NCBI GenBank assembly: GCA_035763605.1
Contig: DASUAV010000174.1
Coordinates: 15,994-79,993, forward strand
Source of the DNA: Candidatus Acidiferrales bacterium
GTDB taxonomy: Bacteria; Acidobacteriota; Terriglobia; Acidiferrales; UBA7541
Length of the DNA stretch: 64,000 nt
Direction: 5' to 3'
The notes below the pieces were generated by a model. It made no database searches. It was not told the origin of the DNA and saw only the letters and a program-made list of their open reading frames with translations. Positions 26,236-35,897 of this stretch are shown here, one piece after another. The stretch's first letter is position 1, and each line of letters begins with the position of its first letter. A program made the position numbers and the translations under genes.

Positions 26236-27957
26236 TCAATTTTCGCCGCGCCATCCCTGCCCGCGAAGCGGCCGGCCCGCCGTCGCACCGGTCAGCTTTC
26301 CATCCGCGAACTCGAGCTGCCCGTTCACGAAAACGTAATCCAAGCCCTCGGACATTTGGTTGGGGTTCTTGTAGGTCGCTTTGTCAATGATTGTCGCGGG
26401 ATCGAAAATCGTGATGTCCGCGAAAAATCCCTGCTTGAGCAGCCCGCGCCCGACCAGATGTTCGCGTTCCGTCGGCAGCGAAGTAACTTTGCGAATCGCC
26501 TGCTCCAGTGGAACCAAATGCAAATCCCGCGAATAGTGTCCGATGAATCGCGGCATCGAACCCCATGCGCGCGGATGATTGTGCGGTTCGAAAAGCGGCC
26601 CGTCGAGCGCAGTTTCCGGTGCGTCGAGGCCGATGCTGGTCCACGGCTGCTTCAGCCCGTAATGCAAATCCTGCTCGTTGGCGATGAAGTACAGCGCGCC
26701 GGTTTGCGCATCGTCGGCAATCACAAAATCAAAAAGGGCGTCGAGCGGGTCTTTTTTTTCAGCGGCGGCAATCTGCGCCACGGTCATGCCGTCATATTTT
26801 TTCAGATCCGGATTCACCACGCCGGACACCATCACGCCGGGCGCGCCACCGCTGTCGAAGTACAAATTCTCCCATCCTGGATGATCGGCGGCCATTTCCG
26901 CCTTGATGCGTTTTCGCGTTGCGGCGTCGTGCAGACGCGCAAGCAGCTTTGTCGCGCCGCCATCGGCTACCCACGGCGGCAAACAGGAGGCTAGCGCCGT
27001 CGCTCCGGCGACATATGGATACATATCGGCGGCCATGTTCAGGCCGGAATTGCGCGCGTTCTGAATTTTCTGGACTAATCTCGGCATGGAACCCCATCGC
27101 GATTTGCCGCTGACTTTCAAATGAAAAATCTCGACCGGCAAATCCGCTTTACGCCCGATTTCGATTGCTTCATCCACAGCCTGCATTTCCGTCTGGCCTT
27201 CGCTGCGCATGTGCGAAGCGTAAATTCCGCCATATTTGGAAGCCACTTTGGCCAGCGCGATCAATTCATCCGTTTTCGCGTAGTGTCCGGGGGGATAAAT
27301 CAATGCGGTCGAAAGGCCCATCGCGCCTTGCTGCATCTGCTGCGCGACCAGATCCTCCATTTTTTGCAATTCTTCGGGAGTTGGCGCGCGATCATCATCT
27401 CCAATCACAGCTTCGCGAACTTGAGCCGCGCCAACATATGTGCCGATGTTCAGCGCCGTGCCGGATTTTTCCAGGCGGTCGTAGTAGCCGTTCAGATCGG
27501 TCCAATCAATCCTCAAGTGATATTGCTCGAGGAACGGCTTCATCGGCGTAATCGTCTTTTCATCCTGCGGCGCAATCGAGCCGCCCTCGCCGGTGATTTC
27601 GCTGGTGATTCCTTGCGACAACTTGCTCAGCGCCCTTTTATCAATCAGCAGCGACGTTTCTGATTGGCCGAGCATGTCAATGAAACCGGGCGCGACAATT
27701 TTCCCGGTGGCGTCGATCGTTTCTTTCGCGGTCGCACCATCGAGTTTGCCGATGGCAACAATTTTGTCGCCGCGAATTCCGATATCCGCCGCATACCATG
27801 GATTTCCTGTGCCATCGAGAATATGCCCGCCATGAATGATGACGTCATAGCTCTCGCCGGAATTCGCCGCAGCCTCTTGGCGCGCCGCTGAACGGACTCC
27901 GACGGACACGAGCCCTGCTAACAGCAGCGCTGCCAGCCCGATAATTGTTTGTCGCAT
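26236..27957 (-). CDS. secreted amidohydrolase, N-acyl-D-amino-acid deacylase (D-aminoacylase)-like
   Basis: Signal peptide (MRQTIIGLAALLLAGLVSVG). 'DVIIHGGHILDGTGNPWYAADIGIRGDKIVAIGKL' is the typical D-aminoacylase N-terminus, followed by 'PGFIDMLGQSE'. Confidence 0.75.
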   Translation of the reverse strand: MRQTIIGLAALLLAGLVSVGVRSAARQEAAANSGESYDVIIHGGHILDGTGNPWYAADIGIRGDKIVAIGKLDGATAKETIDATGKIVAPGFIDMLGQSETSLLIDKRALSKLSQGITSEITGEGGSIAPQDEKTITPMKPFLEQYHLRIDWTDLNGYYDRLEKSGTALNIGTYVGAAQVREAVIGDDDRAPTPEELQKMEDLVAQQMQQGAMGLSTALIYPPGHYAKTDELIALAKVASKYGGIYASHMRSEGQTEMQAVDEAIEIGRKADLPVEIFHLKVSGKSRWGSMPRLVQKIQNARNSGLNMAADMYPYVAGATALASCLPPWVADGGATKLLARLHDAATRKRIKAEMAADHPGWENLYFDSGGAPGVMVSGVVNPDLKKYDGMTVAQIAAAEKKDPLDALFDFVIADDAQTGALYFIANEQDLHYGLKQPWTSIGLDAPETALDGPLFEPHNHPRAWGSMPRFIGHYSRDLHLVPLEQAIRKVTSLPTEREHLVGRGLLKQGFFADITIFDPATIIDKATYKNPNQMSEGLDYVFVNGQLEFADGKLTGATAGRPLRGQGWRGEN

Positions 27958-27995
27958 CGTCAAACACTCCTTCGCAAGTTGCCGGAAGCCGATCG

Positions 27996-29525
27996 CTACC
28001 GCGCCGGCATATTTCTCACGCGCGTAAATTTCAATCCTTCCGTACGCATCTCGGACACATCACCATTTCCATCCAGCACGAAAGTCACGCGCGAATGCCC
28101 AGCCTCGCCCAGGTTGGCGACAAACGTGTCGAACTGAAAATGCTGCAAAGTTCCGTTGAGCGAAAGAAATTTAATTTGCAGCGCATTTCCGTTCAGCGTA
28201 ACCACCGCATCGCCGTACGCCTGATTGCGATAAGTCCCGGCATACGCGGCGAGTTCGCGCGAAGGATGAGTATCGGGATGTTTCGGCGCTCTCGACGCAT
28301 CGGCCGCTTTTCTCTGCATGGCGCTGAATTTCTCTCCGATGTCGGAGAAATACTTCGTCCAATCGCGGTCCGGCACATTCAGGAATTGGTCAATCAAGTG
28401 GTAGCCGAGGCCCTCGCGCAGCGGCGTGTGATCCAAGTTGGTTAAAATCACAAAACCGGTGTGCACTTCGGGAATCAGCACGACAAGCGAAGCAAATCCG
28501 TCAATGTCACCGGGATGCAGCAAAATCTGGTGCCCGCCGTAATCCTGAATGAACCAGCCCATCCCGTAACTCAGTTGCAGAGCATGCGGGAAAAAGAAAT
28601 CGAATTCGCCGCCCTGCGGCACGATCATTTGCGGCGTATGCATTTCGTTCATGCTTTTCGCGGAGACGATCTGCTTGCCCTGATACATGCCGTTATCGAG
28701 CTGCATAGAGATCCAATGGGTCATGTCGCCGACACCAGAATTAATCGAACCTGCCGGCGCTACGTTGTCGATATTTCTCCACGGAATAGTCACCACTTTT
28801 CCGTCACGCTCATCGTGTGGCGTGGCGTGATCCGCGGCCTTTTGCGCGTCATTGGAACTGAAATCCGCGCCGTTCATTCCCAGTGGGGCGAAAATGTGTC
28901 CACGAACAAAATCCTCCCAAGTTCCGCCGCTCACTTCGCCCACCGCGTAACCAACTGTCGCGTACATCACGTTTTGATACTGGAATTCCGAGCGAAAGCC
29001 GGCGTCGAGCGGAATGTAACGCACGCGGCGAATAATCTGGTCGAGCGGCAGGGCCGTTCCGTACCACAGCAAATCGGTGCCGCCGAGGCCGGTGCGATGA
29101 GTGAGCAAATCGCGCATGGTGACTTGCTCGTCCGCCAGCGGATCGTTCAGATGAAAGAACGGGATGTAATCGTCCACGCGCCCGTCCCACTGCATTTTTC
29201 CTTCGTCCACCAGGATTCCTACCGACGCGGCGGTGAACGCTTTCGTGCACGAGCCAATGTCGAAAAGAGTATTCGCGGTAACGGGCTGGCCGGTGGAAAT
29301 GTCGCGCACGCCGAATCCTTTGGCGTACATTTCGTTTCCGCGAACAATTCCAACCGCCAATCCCGGGACTTTCCATTCGCGCATCTGCGCCTGAATGTAG
29401 CTTTCGAGCTGCGCCCATTGCGCATTCGACTGCGCCGCGCGCGGTTTCGGCCGCGCCTGTGCGACAAACGAAAAAGCCACCAGCCATACAACCATCATCG
29501 CGGCTCGCGCCGTGACTCTACTCAT
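27996..29525 (-). CDS. serine hydrolase, beta-lactamase/PBP4-like fold (class C type)
   Basis: ATG 29525 is preceded by GAGGAGGG. It has a signal peptide and the SxxK motif 'IGSCTKAF'. About 510 aa with an extra C-terminal domain. Confidence 0.8.
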   Translation of the reverse strand: MSRVTARAAMMVVWLVAFSFVAQARPKPRAAQSNAQWAQLESYIQAQMREWKVPGLAVGIVRGNEMYAKGFGVRDISTGQPVTANTLFDIGSCTKAFTAASVGILVDEGKMQWDGRVDDYIPFFHLNDPLADEQVTMRDLLTHRTGLGGTDLLWYGTALPLDQIIRRVRYIPLDAGFRSEFQYQNVMYATVGYAVGEVSGGTWEDFVRGHIFAPLGMNGADFSSNDAQKAADHATPHDERDGKVVTIPWRNIDNVAPAGSINSGVGDMTHWISMQLDNGMYQGKQIVSAKSMNEMHTPQMIVPQGGEFDFFFPHALQLSYGMGWFIQDYGGHQILLHPGDIDGFASLVVLIPEVHTGFVILTNLDHTPLREGLGYHLIDQFLNVPDRDWTKYFSDIGEKFSAMQRKAADASRAPKHPDTHPSRELAAYAGTYRNQAYGDAVVTLNGNALQIKFLSLNGTLQHFQFDTFVANLGEAGHSRVTFVLDGNGDVSEMRTEGLKFTRVRNMPAR

Positions 29526-29620
29526 TCTGCCCTCCTCGGAATTCGACAGCGCGCATCCTACCACACCCGTCGCGCGACGCATCCGCCGAGAATCATTTGT
29601 TTCATTTCACGATTCGCGCA

Positions 29621-29656
29621 CAAAACAAAACGGGCGGCCCGCCATCGAGCCGCCCG
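29621..29656 (-). terminator. rho-independent terminator downstream of the 122-aa secreted protein gene
   Basis: The minus-strand RNA reads CGGGCGGC-tcgatggcgg-GCCGCCCG followed by TTTTGTTTTG. That is an 8-bp GC stem plus a U tract, about 25 nt after stop 29680. Confidence 0.7.
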
Positions 29657-29679
29657 CTAATCCTGCAATGTTTTCGAAA

Positions 29680-30048
29680 TTATAGACCCGGGCTTGCGGC
29701 CTTCTTCTTCGCCATGCCGATCATCTTCACGGAGGTCACGTGGATGGTATCGCCGTCCAGCGTGCCGGACACGCGCACGTGGTGCGAAGCGTGCTCCGAT
29801 ACCGCCGACTGCGGATCCAGCTGGTACACCTTGTGATTCGCCGTATCATAAAGCACCAGCTTGTCCCCCGCGTCAACGCACTTCTTAACGCAGGCTTCGT
29901 TGGTTCTCGCCTTCGCATTCATCGCGCATTTGGAGTCTGTGATATATCCCGGAAATGACTTTGCAGCGCTTGCCGCTTGGGGAGCCGCATAGCCGGCGCC
30001 CGCCGCGAACAATACTGCCGCTCCGAACAACATCGCTCGCTTCAACAT
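29680..30048 (-). CDS. small secreted protein of unknown function
   Basis: 122 aa. Signal peptide MLKRAMLFGAAVLFAAGAGYAAP, then 'DKLVLYDTANHKVYQLDPQ...HVRVSGTLDGDTIHVTSV'. It reminds me of a small DUF family common in Acidobacteria, but I could not place it firmly. Confidence 0.55.
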   Translation of the reverse strand: MLKRAMLFGAAVLFAAGAGYAAPQAASAAKSFPGYITDSKCAMNAKARTNEACVKKCVDAGDKLVLYDTANHKVYQLDPQSAVSEHASHHVRVSGTLDGDTIHVTSVKMIGMAKKKAASPGL

Positions 30049-30212
30049 TTGATTTATATCCTCCTCAGAGTACGCCTTTTATTGCCCATGCAGGGCCGAG
30101 CAGCTATTTACTGTGTCACAATTCCCCTCCGTTGTCTATATTCACGCCGCTCGCGAACCTTGCCGGGACGGTTTGACAATCGTCTTCCCGCGCCTTAGCC
30201 TCGCCTTTGAAA

Positions 30213-31724
30213 ATGCCCATTTCAAACCCGTTCCAACATCGTCCTCATCCGCACCTTTACGAAATCAATACCTGGGCGTGGCTTGAAGAGCTTTCCCGCA
30301 AATTTGGCCGCCAAATTTCTCTCGGAAGTGTGCCGTCATCTGAATGGGACGAGATCGCTGGGTTAGGATTCGATTTTGTGTGGTTGATGGGAGTGTGGCA
30401 GCGCAGCGATGTGAGCCGCCGATATTTTCAGACCGACTCCGCGAGTTTTTCCGCATACGACCGCGCGCTTCCCGGCTGGAAGCTGAGCCAAATCGCCGGC
30501 TCGCCGTACTCTGTGCGGCAGTACGAGCCGGATGCGCGCATGGGTTCCTGGAGTGATCTCGACCGCGCGCGCGAAGAATTGCGCTCCCGCAACATCGGAT
30601 TGATTCTCGATTTTGTCGCGAACCACACCGCGCCTGATCATCCGTGGATGTCCGCACATCCGGAATACTACCTGCGCGGCTCGCAGCAGGATTTTCGGAA
30701 GTATCCCAACGCATTTTATCTCGTCGAATCTTCTGTCGCGCAGAACGCCGAGCCGGATATTTTCGCGCATGGCCGCGACCCTCATTTCCCGCCCTGGCGC
30801 GACGTCTTGCAACTGGATTATTTTGAGCCCGCCGCCCGGGCTGCACTCATGGGGGAGTTGCGCGAAATTGCACGCCATTGCGATGGCGTCCGCTGCGACA
30901 TGGCCATGCTCGTTTTGAATGATATTTTCGCGCGTACGTGGTCTCCGCTACTGGCTGGACGCACGCCTCCCGCTCAAGAATTCTGGAGCGAAACCGTCGC
31001 CGCACTACCGAGAGAATTTATCTGGCTTGCTGAAGTTTACTGGAATCGCGAAGGGGAAATGCAAAAGCTCGGTTTTCAATTCACTTATGACAAAGGACTC
31101 TACGATTCACTTCGCAGCGGCAACATGGCCGATATTCGCGCGCGTCTCGCCGCACCGGTCGCCGCGCAAAGCCATTGCGCGCGCTTTCTGGAAAATCACG
31201 ATGAGGAGCGCGCGGCGGCAGTTTTTGGCAGCACCAAAATCGAATCCATCGCCACTCTCATCGCCACACTGCCGGGAATGCGTTTCTACCATCATGGCCA
31301 GCTCGACGGTTGCAAAATTCACCTGCCCATTCCGCTCGCGTTCGCCGCACCCGAGGCCATTGATGCGCAGACACGCAGCTTCTACGGACGCATCCTAAAA
31401 ATCTCGAATGAGCCCGTCTTTCACATAGGCGAATGGAAATTGCTCGATGTCACTAGGGCAGGAGATTCCACATTCGAGAATCTTGTGGCGTATCAGTGGC
31501 GCTCGAGTGACGCACTAAAAATCGTGGTCGCGAATCTCTCCGGCGCCGTTTCTCAAGCCCGCGTGCATCCATTGAGCGGATTCTCATCCGCGCTGCAGTA
31601 CAAATTGTTCGATCAGCTCCACGATGTCGCTTACGACCGCGCCGGTGCCGAAATCGTTTCCGCCGGCCTCTATGTGCGCCTCGATCCGTTCGGCGCGCAG
31701 GTCTTCTCGGTCACGCCTTTGTGA
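30213..31724 (+). CDS. alpha-amylase family (GH13-like) glycoside hydrolase
   Basis: Conserved GH13 regions are present: 'LILDFVANHTAPDHPW' (region I), 'GVRCDMAMLV' (region II, nucleophile Asp) and 'FLENHDEER' (region IV). The longest ORF starts at TTG 30207; the first ATG is 30213. Confidence 0.75.
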   Translation: MPISNPFQHRPHPHLYEINTWAWLEELSRKFGRQISLGSVPSSEWDEIAGLGFDFVWLMGVWQRSDVSRRYFQTDSASFSAYDRALPGWKLSQIAGSPYSVRQYEPDARMGSWSDLDRAREELRSRNIGLILDFVANHTAPDHPWMSAHPEYYLRGSQQDFRKYPNAFYLVESSVAQNAEPDIFAHGRDPHFPPWRDVLQLDYFEPAARAALMGELREIARHCDGVRCDMAMLVLNDIFARTWSPLLAGRTPPAQEFWSETVAALPREFIWLAEVYWNREGEMQKLGFQFTYDKGLYDSLRSGNMADIRARLAAPVAAQSHCARFLENHDEERAAAVFGSTKIESIATLIATLPGMRFYHHGQLDGCKIHLPIPLAFAAPEAIDAQTRSFYGRILKISNEPVFHIGEWKLLDVTRAGDSTFENLVAYQWRSSDALKIVVANLSGAVSQARVHPLSGFSSALQYKLFDQLHDVAYDRAGAEIVSAGLYVRLDPFGAQVFSVTPL

Positions 31725-31773
31725 CTGCATTGAACGCGCGAGAACCAGCTTGTTCCGGCTACTTTGAATGGGG

Positions 31774-32583
31774 TCAAATGCACGCCCCCGCTTTATTCGA
31801 CCATTCCAGTTGCACAAGATAGTCGCCGAGTTTCTTCGTTTTCCACGCGCAAATATCGCCGATTTCGCCATTCGCGTCGTCGTACCAACTCTGTCCGGGA
31901 ACCGGGTCCGTAATGGCCTCGCACAATTCATGCGAACTCGTCGAAGTCAGCGCGTCAGCCGCGGCCAGTCCGCCCAAACAGCCCGAGCAGCCCGGATACG
32001 GCATCACCGCGTAATAGATTCCGTCTCCGAAGGTATCGTGATAACCGCAAAACACCTGGCAGGACGCGCTGCCGCCCTGCACCACCTGCACTCCATTCGG
32101 CAAAAAGACGAAGTAGAGTGTGTTCGGCGTCGTCGCCGGCAGCGTTTCATCGCCGATTCCTTGCCCAATCATATTTTGAATGTCGCTGTCCTGCACTGAA
32201 GTGCCGGGCGCGGGCGACGTGATCACTGTTGTTCCTGTGCGTGACCCGTGCCCGATGCTCTGTCCATCCACGCTGTATTCGTTGAGCTGATCCATCAATT
32301 GGCTCGTCAAAATGTAATCGAAAAATTGATTCATCTTCGTCATGACAGGGCTGTTGGCTGCATCCTGCCACGCGGCACCCCAAAAGATCGTGAACACTTC
32401 CACGGCGGTCAAGAGCAGCCCGCCGCGATAAGTAAGTTGGGCCGCAGCTGCTTCAGCGACGCGCATCGCTCCCGGATGCATCGGCACAACGCGTATCGGA
32501 TGCTTTGTCTTTGCGGCTGAGCCTTCGCGGTCCGAGGCTTCACGCTCGTGCGAAGGTTTTCTCTGCTGAGGTTTTCCGGCCAT
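31774..32583 (-). CDS. hypothetical protein, Cys-rich, conserved-looking
   Basis: ATG 32583 is preceded by GGAGGG. 'LTYRGGLLLTAVEVFTIFWGAAW', 'FCGYHD', 'SHELCEAITDP'. Eight Cys in the C-terminal half. No family assigned. Confidence 0.5.
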   Translation of the reverse strand: MAGKPQQRKPSHEREASDREGSAAKTKHPIRVVPMHPGAMRVAEAAAAQLTYRGGLLLTAVEVFTIFWGAAWQDAANSPVMTKMNQFFDYILTSQLMDQLNEYSVDGQSIGHGSRTGTTVITSPAPGTSVQDSDIQNMIGQGIGDETLPATTPNTLYFVFLPNGVQVVQGGSASCQVFCGYHDTFGDGIYYAVMPYPGCSGCLGGLAAADALTSTSSHELCEAITDPVPGQSWYDDANGEIGDICAWKTKKLGDYLVQLEWSNKAGACI

Positions 32584-32947
32584 GGTCCCTCCGTGTTCGA
32601 TTTTTGCGCGAGGGCCAGGCAAGAAAAATACGGGCGCAAACAGCATAGCGCCGCCATTCAATTTGTAAATGGTACCGGCTGCGAGCAGCCTTTTCTGCTC
32701 AACCGCAAGAGAGTGGCCGGAGCGATTTATTCCCGAAAACGAATTAAGCTCCGCTTACAGGTTTAATAGGTTTTGGACGCAGACGAGTAGCGATTGAAGC
32801 GAGGCGGGCGTGAGCGCACGGGCACGTTGAACAACTCAGAATGTTTTCCTCGGAGGTTTCGTCCGCCAGTTCTGAGGCGGTTTGCCGAAGGCCTGCTTGC
32901 CCCCTGCGGCGCGAGAGCAGCCGAACCGTCGCTCGCCTCGTGTTGAG

Positions 32948-35224
32948 CTACTGGGCCAAGGCTTTGCGGGCCTGTTCCGCGTCCTGATTATCAAGCTTCA
33001 TCTGCAGAGCGGCCTGGAGCTGCTCTTTGCCTTGTGATTTCTGCCCGCTCGAGACCAAAACCATTCCCAGGTGATAATGGTACTGAGCTGAGCTCGGATC
33101 CCTCTTAACGCAATCTTGGAGCAACTGCAAAGCGCCTAGATTGTCGCCCCGTTTAAACATCACCCACGCAAGCGTATCGGAAAAACTGGGAATGTCAGGG
33201 TCCTGCGACTTGGCTTTTTGCGCGAGTCCCAGAGCGGCATCCAAATTCTGGCCCTGCTCGGCATAAATCCAGGCCAGATTATTTGCGGCGACGACGAAGT
33301 TTGGGTCGAGGTCCAGGGCCTTCTGGAACTCATCTGTGGCGTTCTTTAGATCGCCTTGGCTCATGTAGATATTTCCGATCTTTGTGATTACAGGAGCCGA
33401 AGGAGGCACAATCTGCATGCTCTTCTCGTAAGCCTGGATTGCCGCAGTGTAGTTCCCCTCCTGCTCATAGATCTGGCCCATTTGGAGATAAGCGCTCGCC
33501 ATCTTAGGATCCAGCTGAATGCTTTTTTGTGCTTCGCCCATTGCATCTGAATATTCCTTATTCACATAGTGCATCTGTGCCATGAGCAGATGGGCATCAG
33601 CGTTATTGGGATTTTGCGAGAGGAATTTCGAGACCACCGCACTGGCTCTGGGCTGCTGCTTTTCGGAAATGAGGAAATTTGCGTACCTGGTCAAAACCGG
33701 AACACTATTCGGTGCTTCGCTCAGAGCTGTTTGGTATTCTTTTTCCGCCTGAACCGACTGCTTTTTGGCCAAATAGAGGGCGCCCAGATTAATGTGAACA
33801 TCGGGATTTATAGGCGCCAGTTTGGCCGCGGTCTCGAACTGCTCACCTGCCTGATTAACTTGGTCCAGACGCAAGAGCACTTCCCCCAGCAGCAGGTGTG
33901 CCTCCACGTTTCCCGGATTTTTCTGTTCGAGTTCTTGCGCGTATAGCTGTGCCACAGAGTATTTGCCCTGTGAGTAATTCAAATTCACCAGCGCTGTGAG
34001 TGCAATGGGCAGAGAAGGCGCGAGGCGCAATGTCTGCTGGAGCTCATTGTTGGCCTGCGAAGCACTGTTTTGCTGCAGATAAGCCATCGCAAGGTAATAA
34101 TGCGCTTGAGGAGAGTCTGCGGAGTCGGCGGCGACTTTCTGCAAGTATTGCACTGATTCTGGAACTTTTCCCTGAGCCATAAGCAGCCGACCGTGATTGA
34201 TACGCGCGGTGACGTCATGCGGAGACTTTTTCAGCAAAGCGCCATCTATCGCAGCCGCCTGATCCAGCTTGCCGCCGGCGAGATAGAAATCCTCCACGCG
34301 CTCCTGCAATTCGAGATTCTGGGGATCAATGGATAGACCACGCTGATATTCGGCCAGGGCGCGATCATTAAGCTTGGCCTGAAGATAAAAATCGCCAATG
34401 GCACGCGCCACGTCGGGAGACTTGGGCAATTGATTGGAAAGCTTCGAGAGAATGTTCTGTGCGTCGGCGGTTTTGCCTTGGCTCTGGTAAGCTGCGGCCA
34501 GATTCAAATACAGAGCAGTGGCATCGGGATTGGCCTGAATTCCCGCCTGTAAGGCCTCTTCGGCTTGCGCCGTATTCTTCTGCAAGCGATAGAAATTCGC
34601 CAAGTCAATGTAGGCCGGTACCGATTTGGGATCGACGCCAATGGCTTTCTTAATGTTCGACTCGGCATCAGAGTTACGGTGTAACTGCATATCGAGAAGA
34701 GCTACATCGAGGTAGGAAGTCGCCTCCTTCGGCGCAAGCGTTAGAACATGAGAGAACTCTTGCAATGCCTGATCGAACTGCTTCTGCGCGACGTAAACGG
34801 AGCCGAGCAAGCGGTGAGCTTGAACATTGTCGGGTTGTTGTTTCAAAACAAAATTTATATCATTAAGAGCGGGAGAGGATTGCTTCGCTGAGAGCAAAAG
34901 GCGAGCTCTCTCCAAGCGAGCGTCGATACGGCTGGGGTCAATCGTGATGGCCTGATTGAGGGTGTTATAGGCCGAATTTGCGTCCCGCAGAGCAAGATCT
35001 GCTTTGGCAAGCTGATAGTAGGCCTCCACGTACTTTGGATCGACCTTGAGTGCGTTACGAAATTCAATTGCAGCGCTCGAGTACTGCGCCTTTTTCATGT
35101 AGGCCTCGCCTTTATTCAAAAAATTGAGCTTGGCCTTCTCCGGATTGGCGGCGCAAGAAATTAAGAGCAGAGAAAGGGCTGCCGCTGTTGCGATGAAGAA
35201 TATACGAGCTGGTTCGCGACGCAT
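32948..35224 (-). CDS. prsT: PEP-CTERM-system TPR-repeat lipoprotein (PrsT-like)
   Basis: ATG 35224 is preceded by GGAGGA at 7 nt. Lipobox 'LLLISC'. The rest is wall-to-wall TPR repeats (..AIEFRNALKVDPKYVEAYYQLAKA.. and similar). It sits immediately downstream of exosortase and EpsI. Confidence 0.8.
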   Translation of the reverse strand: MRREPARIFFIATAAALSLLLISCAANPEKAKLNFLNKGEAYMKKAQYSSAAIEFRNALKVDPKYVEAYYQLAKADLALRDANSAYNTLNQAITIDPSRIDARLERARLLLSAKQSSPALNDINFVLKQQPDNVQAHRLLGSVYVAQKQFDQALQEFSHVLTLAPKEATSYLDVALLDMQLHRNSDAESNIKKAIGVDPKSVPAYIDLANFYRLQKNTAQAEEALQAGIQANPDATALYLNLAAAYQSQGKTADAQNILSKLSNQLPKSPDVARAIGDFYLQAKLNDRALAEYQRGLSIDPQNLELQERVEDFYLAGGKLDQAAAIDGALLKKSPHDVTARINHGRLLMAQGKVPESVQYLQKVAADSADSPQAHYYLAMAYLQQNSASQANNELQQTLRLAPSLPIALTALVNLNYSQGKYSVAQLYAQELEQKNPGNVEAHLLLGEVLLRLDQVNQAGEQFETAAKLAPINPDVHINLGALYLAKKQSVQAEKEYQTALSEAPNSVPVLTRYANFLISEKQQPRASAVVSKFLSQNPNNADAHLLMAQMHYVNKEYSDAMGEAQKSIQLDPKMASAYLQMGQIYEQEGNYTAAIQAYEKSMQIVPPSAPVITKIGNIYMSQGDLKNATDEFQKALDLDPNFVVAANNLAWIYAEQGQNLDAALGLAQKAKSQDPDIPSFSDTLAWVMFKRGDNLGALQLLQDCVKRDPSSAQYHYHLGMVLVSSGQKSQGKEQLQAALQMKLDNQDAEQARKALAQ

Positions 35225-35249
35225 TTTTGGATCCTCCATAGGTCTACTG

Positions 35250-35897
35250 CTAATTCGGTATGAATTCGCTCAGAGATGGAAAAATCATCTGCGTAAATTT
35301 CACAAGCGTAGCTTTGGCTTCAGCGGTATTGTTGTCGCTAATCGGGGCGATAAGCCGCACAAGAGCCCCATCTGTGCGATTGCGCGTAATCGCGTCGTGA
35401 ATCATCCAGAACTTGCCCCAATATTCGCTTGCAATCACCCGGCCACGGCCTTGATACCAGTAGAAGACCAATTGCTTGTTGAGTCCTTGAGCGATTACAT
35501 ATTCATTTACGGTGATTCGGTTTCCGTTCTCCACTGGAATGGTTGCGTACCCGGACTCGATGGGATCCCATCCTGCGCCCGGCAGACAATTTTTGGGGGA
35601 ATGAATCGTGTCTCCGGTGCGCTGGCTTGCGTAATAACCGACGTAAAGCTCTACAGGCGCGGCTGTGGAACTCGTGTAGACGCGATTGGTATAGTCCGTG
35701 ACACTAACGGCTTGCACGATTCGCTGCTCCAATGGGTACTCTTTGCCGCGCCAATTGCCAATCTCATAAGTCAAATCCTTGAGAGGCTGGCGCGCCATTG
35801 TCGGCTCGCCATGGCTCATGGCGTGAAGCAGGACGGTGCCGCCCAGAAGTACAGCTATCACAATCGCAAATCGAACGACCATGCCGCGGCTACGCAT
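35250..35897 (-). CDS. epsI: EpsI family exosortase-associated protein
   Basis: 215 aa. One N-terminal TM segment, then 'LKDLTYEIGNWRGKEYPLEQRIVQAVSVTDYTNRVY...YVGYYASQRTGDTIHSPKNCLPGAGW', the EpsI signature. 8-nt overlap with the exosortase gene. Confidence 0.85.
   Translation of the reverse strand: MRSRGMVVRFAIVIAVLLGGTVLLHAMSHGEPTMARQPLKDLTYEIGNWRGKEYPLEQRIVQAVSVTDYTNRVYTSSTAAPVELYVGYYASQRTGDTIHSPKNCLPGAGWDPIESGYATIPVENGNRITVNEYVIAQGLNKQLVFYWYQGRGRVIASEYWGKFWMIHDAITRNRTDGALVRLIAPISDNNTAEAKATLVKFTQMIFPSLSEFIPN

Noticed and set aside
28461-29660. 399-aa + strand ORF
   Set aside because: Antisense to the beta-lactamase-fold gene (SxxK present, signal peptide, strong SD). Shadow ORF.
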